Source of the DNA: Fistulifera solaris
Lineage: Eukaryota
DNA: 32,839 bases
Direction of reading: 5' to 3'
NCBI GenBank assembly: GCA_030295235.1
Contig: AP026148.1
Location: 806,001 to 838,839 of the forward strand
Below the pieces are notes generated by a model that saw only the letters and a program-made list of their open reading frames with translations, did no database searches and was not told where the DNA came from. The translations under genes were made by a program, and so were the position numbers. Of this stretch, positions 1 through 10,903 are shown piece after piece; positions within the stretch are counted from its first letter, which is position 1; each line of letters begins with the position of its first letter.

Positions 1-569
1 ATTTTGTGCGTTTGTTGTGAAAGCATTCACGAGGAAAATTAACAAAAGAGTCGAATAAGTGCAGCAGCGAGGCATCTTTGCTTATGATGCGTTTTTCCTT
101 TGCACGTGCGTGCCGATGGTATCAAGCGCGGTTTGATAAAATACTGCTTTTGGCTTATCAACGATCGTTTTATGCAATCAAGTCACAAGGATTCACCATT
201 AATCGTTTTCGTTACGTCGCATTGCGGAGGAATAAACACCGAAAAAAATTCCTGTCATGGCTCGTGGCTATGGTGCCACTATAATACTAATTGTATAGTT
301 TTACATGTTGTATTTCTCACTGTTAAACTTCCTTCCTTCTTCATCCAATTCTCTCAAGGCAGGGTCTCATAAGCTCATAAGGCCCAGCGGTAACCAGTCA
401 TCTGTCATCAGTCATCAGTCATTTATTCTTTATCCTCGAAAATCCTGAAGGACACAGAAAATGGAAATTGACAATACACTTTTAATGTAGACTTTTGCTC
501 GTAGAATCAACAATTAACTATCTAACCTGTCGTCCACAATGACCTTTGACCATTGGGCTTGGTACTGGA

Positions 570-589
570 ACCTGGTACCGGTACCAGGT
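570..589. promoter_or_regulatory. Perfect 20-bp palindrome ACCTGGTACCGGTACCAGGT upstream of subtilisin gene (putative regulatory element)
   Basis: Self-complementary sequence read directly, ~115 bp upstream of the ATG at 703. Function is inferred only from position. Confidence 0.3.
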
Positions 590-702
590 ACTGGGCGGGC
601 TCGCAGGCTCGCTCACTCCCCTATGCCGCATATCTCCTCCATTATTATTTTTCCTTTACAAAATAAACTCAGTAAGAACAAGCAACCATTTCTCTCAACA
701 CC

Positions 703-2018
703 ATGAAAAAATTCTATTATCATTCAACTCTTCCCTCTTTACTATTTCTGCTATGCCTTTCATCACAAACAATATGCCTATCTGCCGAGTTCATGCGCGT
801 GAATAATCTGGAAATGAGCACGACAGCTTCGTCTGCTCCGGTTGTAATTCCGAATCAATACATTGTGTTTTATACACTAGATGCTGACCGAGCTGCCACG
901 AATGAACGACTCTTCTTTTCTTCCAACTCTTCCATTGCAACGTCAGATTCTTTTTCGGTCGTACACGAAATGGATAGAGCCATTGCGGTGACGGGAATTT
1001 CCGATGCACAAAGCAAAGAATTAGCGCAAGATCCATTTGTCGCCAAAGTGATTCCGGTAAGAGCTAAAAGTTGGCTGGATTTGTGTAAGTTCACCTCTCA
1101 TTATACGTATTATAGGATTATGAAGTGACTATAGAGGCTGTACAAGCCAGCCCTTACAGCTGGGGCTTGGATCGAATCGATCAATCCAATTTGCCCCTCG
1201 ATGACACGTACGAATACACGTACACGGGTACAGGGGTTCGTGCTTATATTTTCGATTCGGGTATCCGAAAGACACACGAGGATTTTGGGGGACGAGCGAC
1301 GTGTGGTATCAATTTAATAGCGACAGAAACATGCACCGATATGAATTTTCATGGTACTCACGTGGCTGGGACGGTGGGTGGGATGATTTCCGGAGTCGCC
1401 AAAGGTGTACAGTTAGTTGATGTAAAAGTGCTAGATAAAAATGGAAGAGGAACTTTCTCCGGAGTAATGACCGGATTGGAATACGTATTGGCGCAAAAGC
1501 AGAACAATCCGACCATCCCCATGGTCATCAACATGTCGCTAGGAGGAAAAATTATTATACCAGAGGTTGAAGACGCCATCGATGACGCCGTAGCCGCCGG
1601 GATCGTCGTGGTTGTTGCTGCCGGTAACTCAGCCGTGGATGCTTGCGAGCAAACGCCGGCCTATATACAAAGTGCTATAACCGTCGGGGCGAGTAATATG
1701 GATGACACACGAGCCGACTTTTCCAATTTTGGCGATTGCGTTGATATCTATGCACCAGGTGTCGACATTGTATCTGCGTATCATACAGGAGATGACGAGT
1801 ATGCTTATGCGGCTGGAACCAGTATGGCGGCACCACACATTGCTGGTGTGGCAGCTCTTTATTTGGAGGCTAACCCAACATGGACCCCAGCTCAAGTATG
1901 GAATGCCATGCGAGACGATGCGGTCGAAGCAATCCAGCGCACCTACGACCCAGTAGAAAATTACTTTCGAATGCGAAGAACGACACGGCTGCTCACACAA
2001 ACCCAACCTATATCATAA
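703..2018 (+). CDS. Secreted subtilisin-like serine protease (S8, proteinase K-like) with I9 propeptide; exons 703-1056 and 1116-2018
   Basis: Hydrophobic N-terminus, propeptide 'IPNQYIV', 'SWGLDRIDQ', triad motifs FDSG, HGTHVAG, GTSMAAPH and oxyanion 'AAGN'. A GTAAGA...TATAG intron at 1057-1115 joins the frames (VIP|DYEV). Confidence 0.95.
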
Positions 2019-2087
2019 TTCATAAATTTTACATACAGTTCTCATAAATGAAGCACGAAGCCTCTACTTCTCGCTTGATCATTACAT

Positions 2088-2807
2088 TCACATGACCGAA
2101 GAATAGTGTTGAGTCAAGCCGTTCGCAATACACCGATTGACAATCGTCAGCAAATGCGGATTTTCCAAAGCCGCACGCAATCGTTCCTTGTCTTGCAACT
2201 GCTTGTTGATGGCGTGTTCGCTGGCGTGGGTACCGGGCTGAATTTTGACTTCAATATGCGTCCGCGGCAATTGACAGCGCTGTAATTTTACTGACAGACA
2301 CAATCCTATTAGCGTTGCCATACTACAGTGCGGAATGGTCGGAGTAAATTCGACTGTGATCTTGTTGTGCTGATTGCTGTTGTTGGTGGCTATGTCAATC
2401 TGATTTAACTTTACAACGCCCAAAGCCTCTAGACTATGCGGATGCTCCGGGTCTTGAATGTGTCGAATCAGATCAAAGATCTCGGCGGCTGTGATAGGAT
2501 CGGATGTTGTAGCAGCTGCTGTTGTGAGTGTATTTTTAGTTTCTTTGGCAATGGGAAAATCGTTGCTTGCAGGATGAAATAGCAACAAAGGATCTACATT
2601 TGAGGAGTCCCAGAGCCCTGTGTTCTTCAATAAATTCACCGATGTCGCATTTAATTGAGCAGCGTCTTCCAAAGCGCACCTTACGACACTCCTTGTCCGA
2701 AAATCCGCAATCAATTCCGGATGCGCTTGCAACCATGCTTGCGTGCGCTCTTCCTTGTCGTGATCGTCAATGTGATGCAAAATAGGATTGGCGTTTTCTT
2801 TTATCAT
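2088..2807 (-). CDS. CIA2: MIP18/FAM96B-family cytosolic Fe-S assembly component
   Basis: 'ENANP', '[24 protein letters not shown]', '[16 protein letters not shown]', '[20 protein letters not shown]' are hallmark CIA2 motifs. Confidence 0.95.
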   Translation of the reverse strand: MIKENANPILHHIDDHDKEERTQAWLQAHPELIADFRTRSVVRCALEDAAQLNATSVNLLKNTGLWDSSNVDPLLLFHPASNDFPIAKETKNTLTTAAATTSDPITAAEIFDLIRHIQDPEHPHSLEALGVVKLNQIDIATNNSNQHNKITVEFTPTIPHCSMATLIGLCLSVKLQRCQLPRTHIEVKIQPGTHASEHAINKQLQDKERLRAALENPHLLTIVNRCIANGLTQHYSSVM

Positions 2808-3076
2808 TTTTGCGCCTTACTTCTTTCACCCTTGTTTCTGTCTTTGCTTCCAATTGCAGTCTTATCGAACAAGAAGCACATCAACAATTAAAAATCATTT
2901 TTTGTCCTTCGCCTTCGTCGTTTGTTGTTTTGTCATCGTCGTGTGTGCCTAAAGTGTTTCTACACGGAAGCCACGAATGGTTTTAGTCATGAATGTGCAA
3001 ATTGCAACTTAACCGCCGCTGAGTTTGCGAGCTCTGTATGCCACAGTTGTCCTTATTAGATCGTTTTATCTTTGCG

Positions 3077-3374
3077 TGCAATGCCCAGGATTAACCTGAA
3101 CCTTATGCAGTTAAGAATCACGGCCTCTAACCCTATCGGGCCGAGACCAGGACAACATTCCCACTTCGGATCCTGAACCCGTGTGGGAATCCTCTGTGGG
3201 AGTCTACATCACAACTCCCACGACTGGTGGGAATTGAATCTTGAACTCCCACGACCGGCGGGAGTCCTTTTCCGATTAGATCGACTTTTGTGAAAACTTT
3301 CATTCGAATAGTTTACAAACGTAACTCTTCTCATAATTTTCATTTATCTGCAAAACTTCATTGTAGGTAACGCA
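3077..3374 (+). repeat. 5' LTR (298 bp)
   Basis: TGCAATGCCCAGG...GGTAACGCA; identical to 8119-8417 apart from one missing A. Confidence 0.97.
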
Positions 3375-3387
3375 ATCTGATCAGAGC
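3375..3387 (+). other. Primer-binding site, tRNA-iMet-like (imperfect)
   Basis: ATCTGATCAGAGC immediately after the 5' LTR, compared with canonical TGGTATCAGAGC. Confidence 0.6.
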
Positions 3388-3418
3388 AAAAATTCCTACG
3401 TAAATTTTTTTTCAGAAA

Positions 3419-4500
3419 ATGACCTCTCCTACTACTACTACTACTCCTGACTGGGCTTATGTCTTCGACCCCACCGATCGCACCCCCATCAAGTGGATGA
3501 TCAAGAAAAACAAGTACGAAATTGTTGTTCCGTTGTTGAACGATTTCGGCATTCGCAAGATCATGCAGCATGTGACCATTGTCATCCCCGAAATCGTCCA
3601 AGTCGTCACTGTCGGAAACCGACCTCGAAGCTTCGCTACCAATCGCGTTTCAAGCGCACTCTCTCTCCGTTCCATCAAGAAAATTGGAACACGACCGTCA
3701 CGAACTTCATCCCCACGGGCAAAAAGACGTCGTCGCCGAGTTTGAGAACCTCGTCATGGCTTGGTTGGCCGACCACTACGCCAACGAAAAAACCCAACAC
3801 GATTTGGTCAACCAGATCCACAAGAAGAAGAAACCGCGAGGCATGCCAACCGAGGTCTTCTACGGCCTCATGAACACGCATTACAACCAGTACATTGAAT
3901 GGCTTCCCGGTCCCAACTGTCTCTTTCCTGAGGCATTCATCAAGCAGTACTTCTTCGACGCAATGCCGAATGATTGGCAGGCAGCATTCATCACTGCCGG
4001 TCGCGAATCTCTACCGGATGTTGACATCCTCACAGTCCGTCAGTATTTCAAAGCTCTCCAGGAACTCGATGAAGCTGTAAACCTTCGCAAGAACCTCAAC
4101 AAGGGCAACAACAACAACAACGACAATAACAACAACAAGCGCCCAAAAACACCAACAAATACAACGACAACAAAAAAGCAAAGAGAACCGTTCAAGCAAA
4201 AGATGACTGTCCCATCCACCCAGGTGCTGGTCACCCTTGGAGCAAATGCTTCTCGAACGCCAACAACCCGGATCGTCCATCTGCCAACAAAAAACCCGCC
4301 GCCAAGAACAAGAACGGCAAGGGCAAGGATGCCAATACCAACGAGAAACATAAAGACGTGAACAACGAATCTAATGTCATCTCCAAAATGGCTTCCACTG
4401 ACAATGACAATTCATCTGCCTTCTCGGCAACCTCTCCGGCATATTCGGCCGTGCTCCCCCCGCTTATGAGTTTGATCTCAACGAGTCGGATGCGTTAACA
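3419..4500 (+). CDS. gag: Gypsy gag (frameshifted in this sequence; 3' boundary approximate)
   Basis: ATG just after the PBS; capsid-like 'KQYFFDAMPNDWQAAF'; knuckle CPIHPGAGHPWSKC at 4208-4249 in a shifted frame. Confidence 0.75.
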
Positions 4501-4678
4501 GATTGTTACGTCACCTCCACTATTTTAAATCACTCACATCATCTTGACTCCATTCCATTCGTCAACCAGACAAAGACGTCTAAGAACTTGGAATCACACG
4601 AGCCTGCTCTTGTAGCGGCATGTGACAAGATATTCTCCGAGGGAGAAGGCAGTGATTTAAAATTAGTAGGCTCTATCT

Positions 4679-7600
4679 ATGATACTGAACTCGTCTCGCA
4701 TGCGCTCTATTAGCCTTATATACACTACGCTATCGTCTTCTAAAGACAAAACGCCTCTTCGAGTCCTTTTTGATTCCGGATCCGACAGCACAATGTTCAA
4801 TCGAAAAGCCCTTCCCAAAGGGACCGAAACGATCAAGATCAAAGGTGAACAATTTGTTGGTCTCCATGGACCTCAGGTCCACAACGAACAAGTTCTACTC
4901 TCCAATATCTGTCTTCCAGAATTTTCGCTATCGCAAAAAGCTCCAGGTCCTTATCGCGCCACAATCTTTGATAACCCACATTCAGGTTACGACATCATCA
5001 TTGGCCAAGATCTCCTGCAAGCACTCGCGATCAAAATCGACTTGAAAACAAACAGTTTCTTTTAACGAAAACACAATCGACTTCAAACCCGCCGACTACT
5101 TCATTCGCAACAAGTTCTGCAAAGAAATGCTTGAATCACACGATGCCATGCTCGTAGATGACGAAGATGCAATCAGAGAGGCAGGGTACAAGTCCAAAGC
5201 AATACTCCCATCCGACTATCAAGCAGTCGACACCCAAACCGTCGGCCGACGAACAAGAACACCTTAGTCGCCCGCAACGCCGCTTACTCGGCCGCATTCT
5301 CGACAAGTTCAAAAAATTATTCTCTGGCAAGCTTGGCAAATATCCCAAAAGAAAGTCCGTCTTGAAGTCCAACCCGGCGCAAAACCATATCGCTGCCGAC
5401 CCTATCCTGTCCCTCGATCACAAGAGGCAGTCTTCAAAAATGAACTCGAGCGCCTTCTGAAGGAAACCGTACTCACCAGAACGGGTGCCTCCGAATGGCT
5501 TGCTCCATCTTTCATTATCCCGAAGAAAGACGGTTCTGTCCGATGGATTTCCGATTTCCGCCAGCTGAACAAAGTGTTACGACGCAAGGTATACAACTTA
5601 CCACGCATTCAAGACATCCTCAAACGACGCAAAGGATACAAATACTTGACGAAACTCGACGTCAGTATGCAGTTCTACACGTTTGAACTCGACGACGACA
5701 GCAAAAAACTGTGCGTCATCTGCACACCCTTCGGCAACTATCAATACAATCGCCTTCCTATGGGAGTCTCTCCTGCACCCGATATTGCACAAGAGACAAT
5801 GGAAGAACTCCTCCTCCCCTTCTCCGAAGCCGAAGTCTACATTGATGACATCGCCATCTTCAGCGACGACCTGGAATCGCATCTTCAATCTGTTGAAAAG
5901 ATCCTGGCCGTCCTGCAAGACAACAACTTCACCATTAACCCAAACAAATGCGAATGGTGTGTTCAAGAAACCGATTGGCTTGGCTACTGGCTCACCCCAA
6001 CTGGCCTTAAGCCCTGGAAGAAGAAAGTCGATGCTATGCTCCGAATCCAAGCCCCACGAACGGTCAAGCAGCTACAATCCTTCCTTGGCGCCCGTCAACT
6101 TCTATCGCGACATGTATCCAAAACGCGCACACATCCCTCGCACCGTTAACACAAATGACCGGAATGAAAGGCAAGCTCAAATGGGACCCCAAATGTCAAC
6201 AAGCCTTTGACAAAATGAAAGCACTCCTCGCACAAGAAGCATTCCTTCAATATCCAGACCACAACAAACCGTTTTCACGTCTACGCTGACGCAAGCGACT
6301 ACCAAATGGGCGCTGCAATCTTCCAAGACGGCAAACCCGTCGCCTTTTACTCTCGAAAACTTAATCCTGCTCAACGCGAATTACACAGTCGGTGAGAAGG
6401 AGATTCTCTCCATCGTCGAAACACTCAAGGAATTTCGCACGATGCTTTCACGGAGTACAACAATTACATGTGTACACTGACCACAAAAACAACACCTTTG
6501 AAACAGTGAATTCGCGAGCGAGGTCCTGCGCTGGCGTCTTTTCCTTGACGAATTTGGGATCCAACTCAAATACATCAAGGGTCAGAACAACAACTTAGCC
6601 GACGCCCTGTCCCGTCTGCCGATCCAGTCATTGCCCGACGAAGACATAAAAAACACTCTGTTCGAACAACCCCACCAAACACACGAGGAGGATAGCGCTC
6701 AAACCCCTCGACCACCGCCCCAGCTGGCATTCTTCTCCATGGCTGATGATACTCACCTTCGGAGCACCTTCGTTAGTCTTCCTGCGCTCAAAGGAATTCC
6801 CTTCGAGCTAGACTATCGCGTCATCTTGGAAAAGCAGAAAGGAGACGTCCTTATCTCGCAACTCCAAACCAAAACACCTCGCAATTTCACCCTAATTGAA
6901 CTCGCACCTGACACACACATTATTTGCTATCAAAAGACGGCAAAACAAACCCCAAAATCTTTCTCCCCACTTCCATGCTCAACAATACCATCCACTGGTA
7001 TCATCTCGCACTCGGCCACATTGGACAAAAACGGTTGATTGAGACTATGTCGATCCACCTTTTCCACCCTGAACTCCGAGATCGCGTTACTCATTTTGTT
7101 TCGATTTGTGCAGATTGCCAAAAGTGCAAGAACATCCTCCGCGGCCATGGTCATCTCGCTCCTCGTGAAGCTCATTCCCATCCCTGGAGGGATATTGCAG
7201 TTGACCTCATCGGTCCTTGGCACATGAAAGTCGGCCACACAGAAGCCTCTTTCTCTGCACTCACAGTCATTGACACAGTCACGAACCTTGTCGAACTTAT
7301 ACGCGCATTGAAAACAAGACCGCCGCCCACGTCGCTCGTCAATTGGAGATTGTCTGGCTAAACCGCTACCCACGTCCGCTTTTTTGCATTTTTTGACCAA
7401 GGAGGCGAATTTGTTGGCTACGACTTTGACCAATTACTCGAAGAACACGGCATCACCGGTCGCCCAATTACAAAGCAAAAACCCACGCTCGAATGGCATC
7501 TGCGAACGCATGCACCAAACTGTTGGTAACATCCTGCGAACAATGCAATCTACCCGTCTCCCAACAGACATCCAGAGCGCAGAACGCATGGTTGATTACG

Positions 7601-7995
7601 CCTTATCGACTTGTCTTTTTTGCAACTCGCGCCGCCATACATGGCTCCCCTCAAAGCCATCCCAGGATCCTTGGCCTTCGGACGCGACATGATTCTCGAC
7701 ATTCCCCTCTTGGCCGACTGGAAATATATCCAAGAACATCGTCAACAACTCGTTGACAAACGGTCCATTGCAGAGAATCGACAACGCCGCTGTCGATTAC
7801 CAACCTGGCGACAAAATCCTCAAAATATCCTTCCGACCGAATAAGCTCGAACCACGCCAAGCAACCGGTCCTTTTCCCATCACTCGCGTTCACACAAATG
7901 GCACCGTCACCATCCAACTGAACGAGGCTGTCATTGAACGAATCTCCATTCGTCAGATCAAGCCTTTTCGAGATGAAACTCCATTTCCTTCCTGA
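4679..7995 (+). CDS. pol: Gypsy pol: aspartic protease, reverse transcriptase, RNase H, integrase (many frameshifts; 5' boundary approximate)
   Basis: PR 'LFDSGS'; RT 'DFRQLNK', 'RLPMG', 'YIDDI'; RNase H '[10 protein letters not shown]', 'AFYSRKL', 'YTDHKN'; INT H..H/C..C, 'IAVDLIGP', 'NGICERMH', C-terminal 'GPF'. Confidence 0.93.
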
Positions 7996-8107
7996 ACACC
8001 CCCTTCTCGGACGCCGATCTTTTTATTTTTTTCCTTCTAAAACGGAAGGTTGTTTCTGTTTTGTTCTGCAAGGTCCACATTCCGTCCTTCGTCCGTTCCC
8101 GGACCTT

Positions 8108-8118
8108 GAGAGGCAGAA
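8108..8118 (+). other. Polypurine tract
   Basis: GAGAGGCAGAA abutting the 3' LTR. Confidence 0.75.
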
Positions 8119-8417
8119 TGCAATGCCCAGGATTAACCTGAACCTTATGCAGTTAAGAATCACGGCCTCTAACCCTATCGGGCCGAGACCAAGGACAACA
8201 TTCCCACTTCGGATCCTGAACCCGTGTGGGAATCCTCTGTGGGAGTCTACATCACAACTCCCACGACTGGTGGGAATTGAATCTTGAACTCCCACGACCG
8301 GCGGGAGTCCTTTTCCGATTAGATCGACTTTTGTGAAAACTTTCATTCGAATAGTTTACAAACGTAACTCTTCTCATAATTTTCATTTATCTGCAAAACT
8401 TCATTGTAGGTAACGCA
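8119..8417 (+). repeat. 3' LTR (299 bp)
   Basis: Direct repeat of 3077-3374, followed by TSD TTGCG. Confidence 0.97.
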
Positions 8418-9275
8418 TTGCGCACCATTATTTATGGGGACATTCATTGTTACTGTCAAAAGCCTTGCGGATCGTTTTTTTCTTCTAGTCATAAAAACTC
8501 CCAAGTGAAGGCGACCTATCTCCACGACTGGCTTTTTAGTCATGAAGCAATATAGTTCCGAGCAAAGGCTAGCTGTAGACATAAGGTACGGTTCCTGCAA
8601 CCCTTATTTCTTTTGTGCAAAGAATTAGACGGCTAACTGTTAAGTCATTTGTCAGGCAGGAGAAAGGATTGTATTTTCTTACATTGTATTTGTAATGATA
8701 AAACTTTACGAATTCGACGCATCAACGTATCACGTGAGAATGCCTTCTGTTATTAGCTTCATGGATTCCGTATGCAATGCATCATTTTTCATGATAAGCT
8801 CGTTGATTCTATAGCTTTTATGGTACGTAAAGGAACTCTAGCGAGAGCATTTCTTGTTTTTCCTTTTTTTCTGTGCCTAGGTAAGCAAGCGATACGGTAT
8901 TCACATTTGCGCACGCACTCACTCGTTTCTTTCATCCGATAAAGACTTCGTTCCACATGTGATAACGGAAGAATGAGTTTTTGCGATTAAGAGGAGCATT
9001 GTTAAATGAGAGGAAGAGTCATGGTTGTTACTGGCATTGCTCCTGTCACAATAATAAGTATTCATATACATTTAGACATCCGAATTTTTTAATTAGATTG
9101 GAGTAGTCGTATCAAAAGAAGGGCAAAGTCCAACTCCGCTACAGTTTGAGTACCGATGCCTTTTCGTTTAGGACTTGTCTTTCTGAATGGTTCCTCGACA
9201 TTTTTTCTTTCCATTCTTTCAGTGTTTTCGTTTCCTTCATCATCCCCTTTCATTTATGTCACTTCGCAACAAAAA

Positions 9276-10701
9276 ATGACTATAAGTAATCTTCGCATCG
9301 TTCTTCTTCTTTTCCTCGCCTTGAGCGTATCCTGTCAACGAATCGGCGGCGCTGAGAATAATACAGCTCCAGGAAGTGTTGCCAACTTGAGTAGCATACC
9401 AGAGGACGCAGCAACGGAGGTTGTGTTTCCGGAAGACACAAGGACTTCCACGGAAGGGACTTCACTGAATGCTAGCGTGACTGCCGACAATCCTATCATC
9501 CCAGGGCAATATATTGTCTTTTACAAGCGAAAAGCCGATCGTCCTTCCATTGCGACGGCACAACAACAACGTCTTCCGTTTCGAATCATTCGCGAGTTGC
9601 GGAAGGCTATAGCGGTTGCGGGTATGGATGACGAGCAATATCAACAAATGCTTCAAGATCCTGCAGTTGAGAAAGTCGTCCCAGTAAGTTACCGGCGTGT
9701 TGCGTTTGTCTACTTGTCTCGAACTTCGATCTCTTACTGTCATACTCATTACGTCGCTCTTGTAGGACTTTACCATTACTGTTGATGATAGTAAAAACCT
9801 ATTCCGAACGACTCAGATTACATGTAGTGGTTTGACACAACCTTCTTGTGGACTCGCGGAAGTAGCCCAGAATTCACCTGCCAATTGGGGTTTAGATCGG
9901 ATCGATCAAGACAGTTTGCCACTGGACAATAGTTATGCTACCCGATGCGATGGAGCTCGCGTACAAGTCTATGTCATTGATACGGGCATTCGAAAGTCTC
10001 ATGTTGAATTCGGTGGGCGAGCAATATGTGGGGCGAATTATGTCTCCGGGGAATCTTGTCAAGACTTTGATGGACACGGCACCCATGTCGCCGGAACGAT
10101 CGGCGGTGCAACATATGGCGTGGCGAAAAGAGTCCAGATATTAGATGTCAAAGTCTTTAATCGGGAGGGTGTGGGTGCCTTGTCGACGGTAATGGCTGGA
10201 TTGGAATATGTCGTTTCTCAGAAGAATCGGAATCCCGATATACCGATGGTCGTTAACATGTCGTTGGGGTCAGTGGGGACCAGTAACGAGATAAAAAATG
10301 CTGTTGACGAAGCTGTGGCAGCCGGGATCGTCGTCGTTGTAGCTGCCGGAAATAAAGGTATGGATGCTTGCAACTACTCTCCAGCGTTTGTGCCTAGTGC
10401 CATCACTGTAAGTGCAACGGATCGACAGGACGCGCGACCAACATGGTCAAACTTTGGTAACTGCGTCGATTTGTCAGCACCGGGCGTCCAAATTTTGTCG
10501 GCATATTTCACAAATGACAGGGCAACCGCATCGTTGAGTGGGACCTCTATGGCTGCACCGCACGTGGCGGGGGCAGCAGCTTTGTATTTGCAGGCAAATC
10601 CGAATTGGACGCCAGCACAAGTTTGGCAAGCCATGCGAAATGATGCCTCCGATTCGGTACAGGGTACCGCGCGTCGAATGTTGCAAATACAGTTTATTTG
10701 A
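9276..10701 (+). CDS. Secreted subtilisin-like serine protease (S8), paralog of 703-2018; exons 9276-9683 and 9766-10701
   Basis: Signal peptide 'MTISNLRIVLLLFLALSVSC', 'IPGQYIV', 'WGLDRIDQ', IDTG, HGTHVAG, GTSMAAPH. GTAAGT...TGTAG intron at 9684-9765 (VVP|DFT). Confidence 0.95.
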
Positions 10702-10903
10702 AAGCATAGTATCCGAAAATTCTAGTAAAAAAATGGAAAATTGACAAGCTCAAGCTAGTACCTCCAAATTTTAGCTCTTTGTGAGTATGCGTTGGATCTC
10801 TACGAGATATCACTTGTGACAACGACCATTCACTTCTGATCAAAATGGTATAGAATGAAGAACCTATTTTCATGCAAAACTTCATCCCGCCATGGAGCAT
10901 GGA

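Larger units (their letters stand above)
3077..8417 (+). mobile_element. Full-length Ty3/Gypsy LTR retrotransposon
   Basis: Direct LTRs with TG...CA ends, TSD TTGCG at 3072-3076 and 8418-8422, PBS-like and PPT sites, and domain order gag-PR-RT-RNase H-INT. Confidence 0.97.

Noticed and set aside
3127..3135. CTAACCCTA telomere-like motif in the LTR suggesting telomere targeting
   Set aside because: Only 9 bp, and the element is inserted 24 kb from the end in non-telomeric sequence.
4106..4137. AAC microsatellite
   Set aside because: Encodes a poly-Asn tract within gag; not an independent feature.
4440..4720. Programmed gag-pol frameshift
   Set aside because: Cannot be distinguished from the many probable indel errors in the element.
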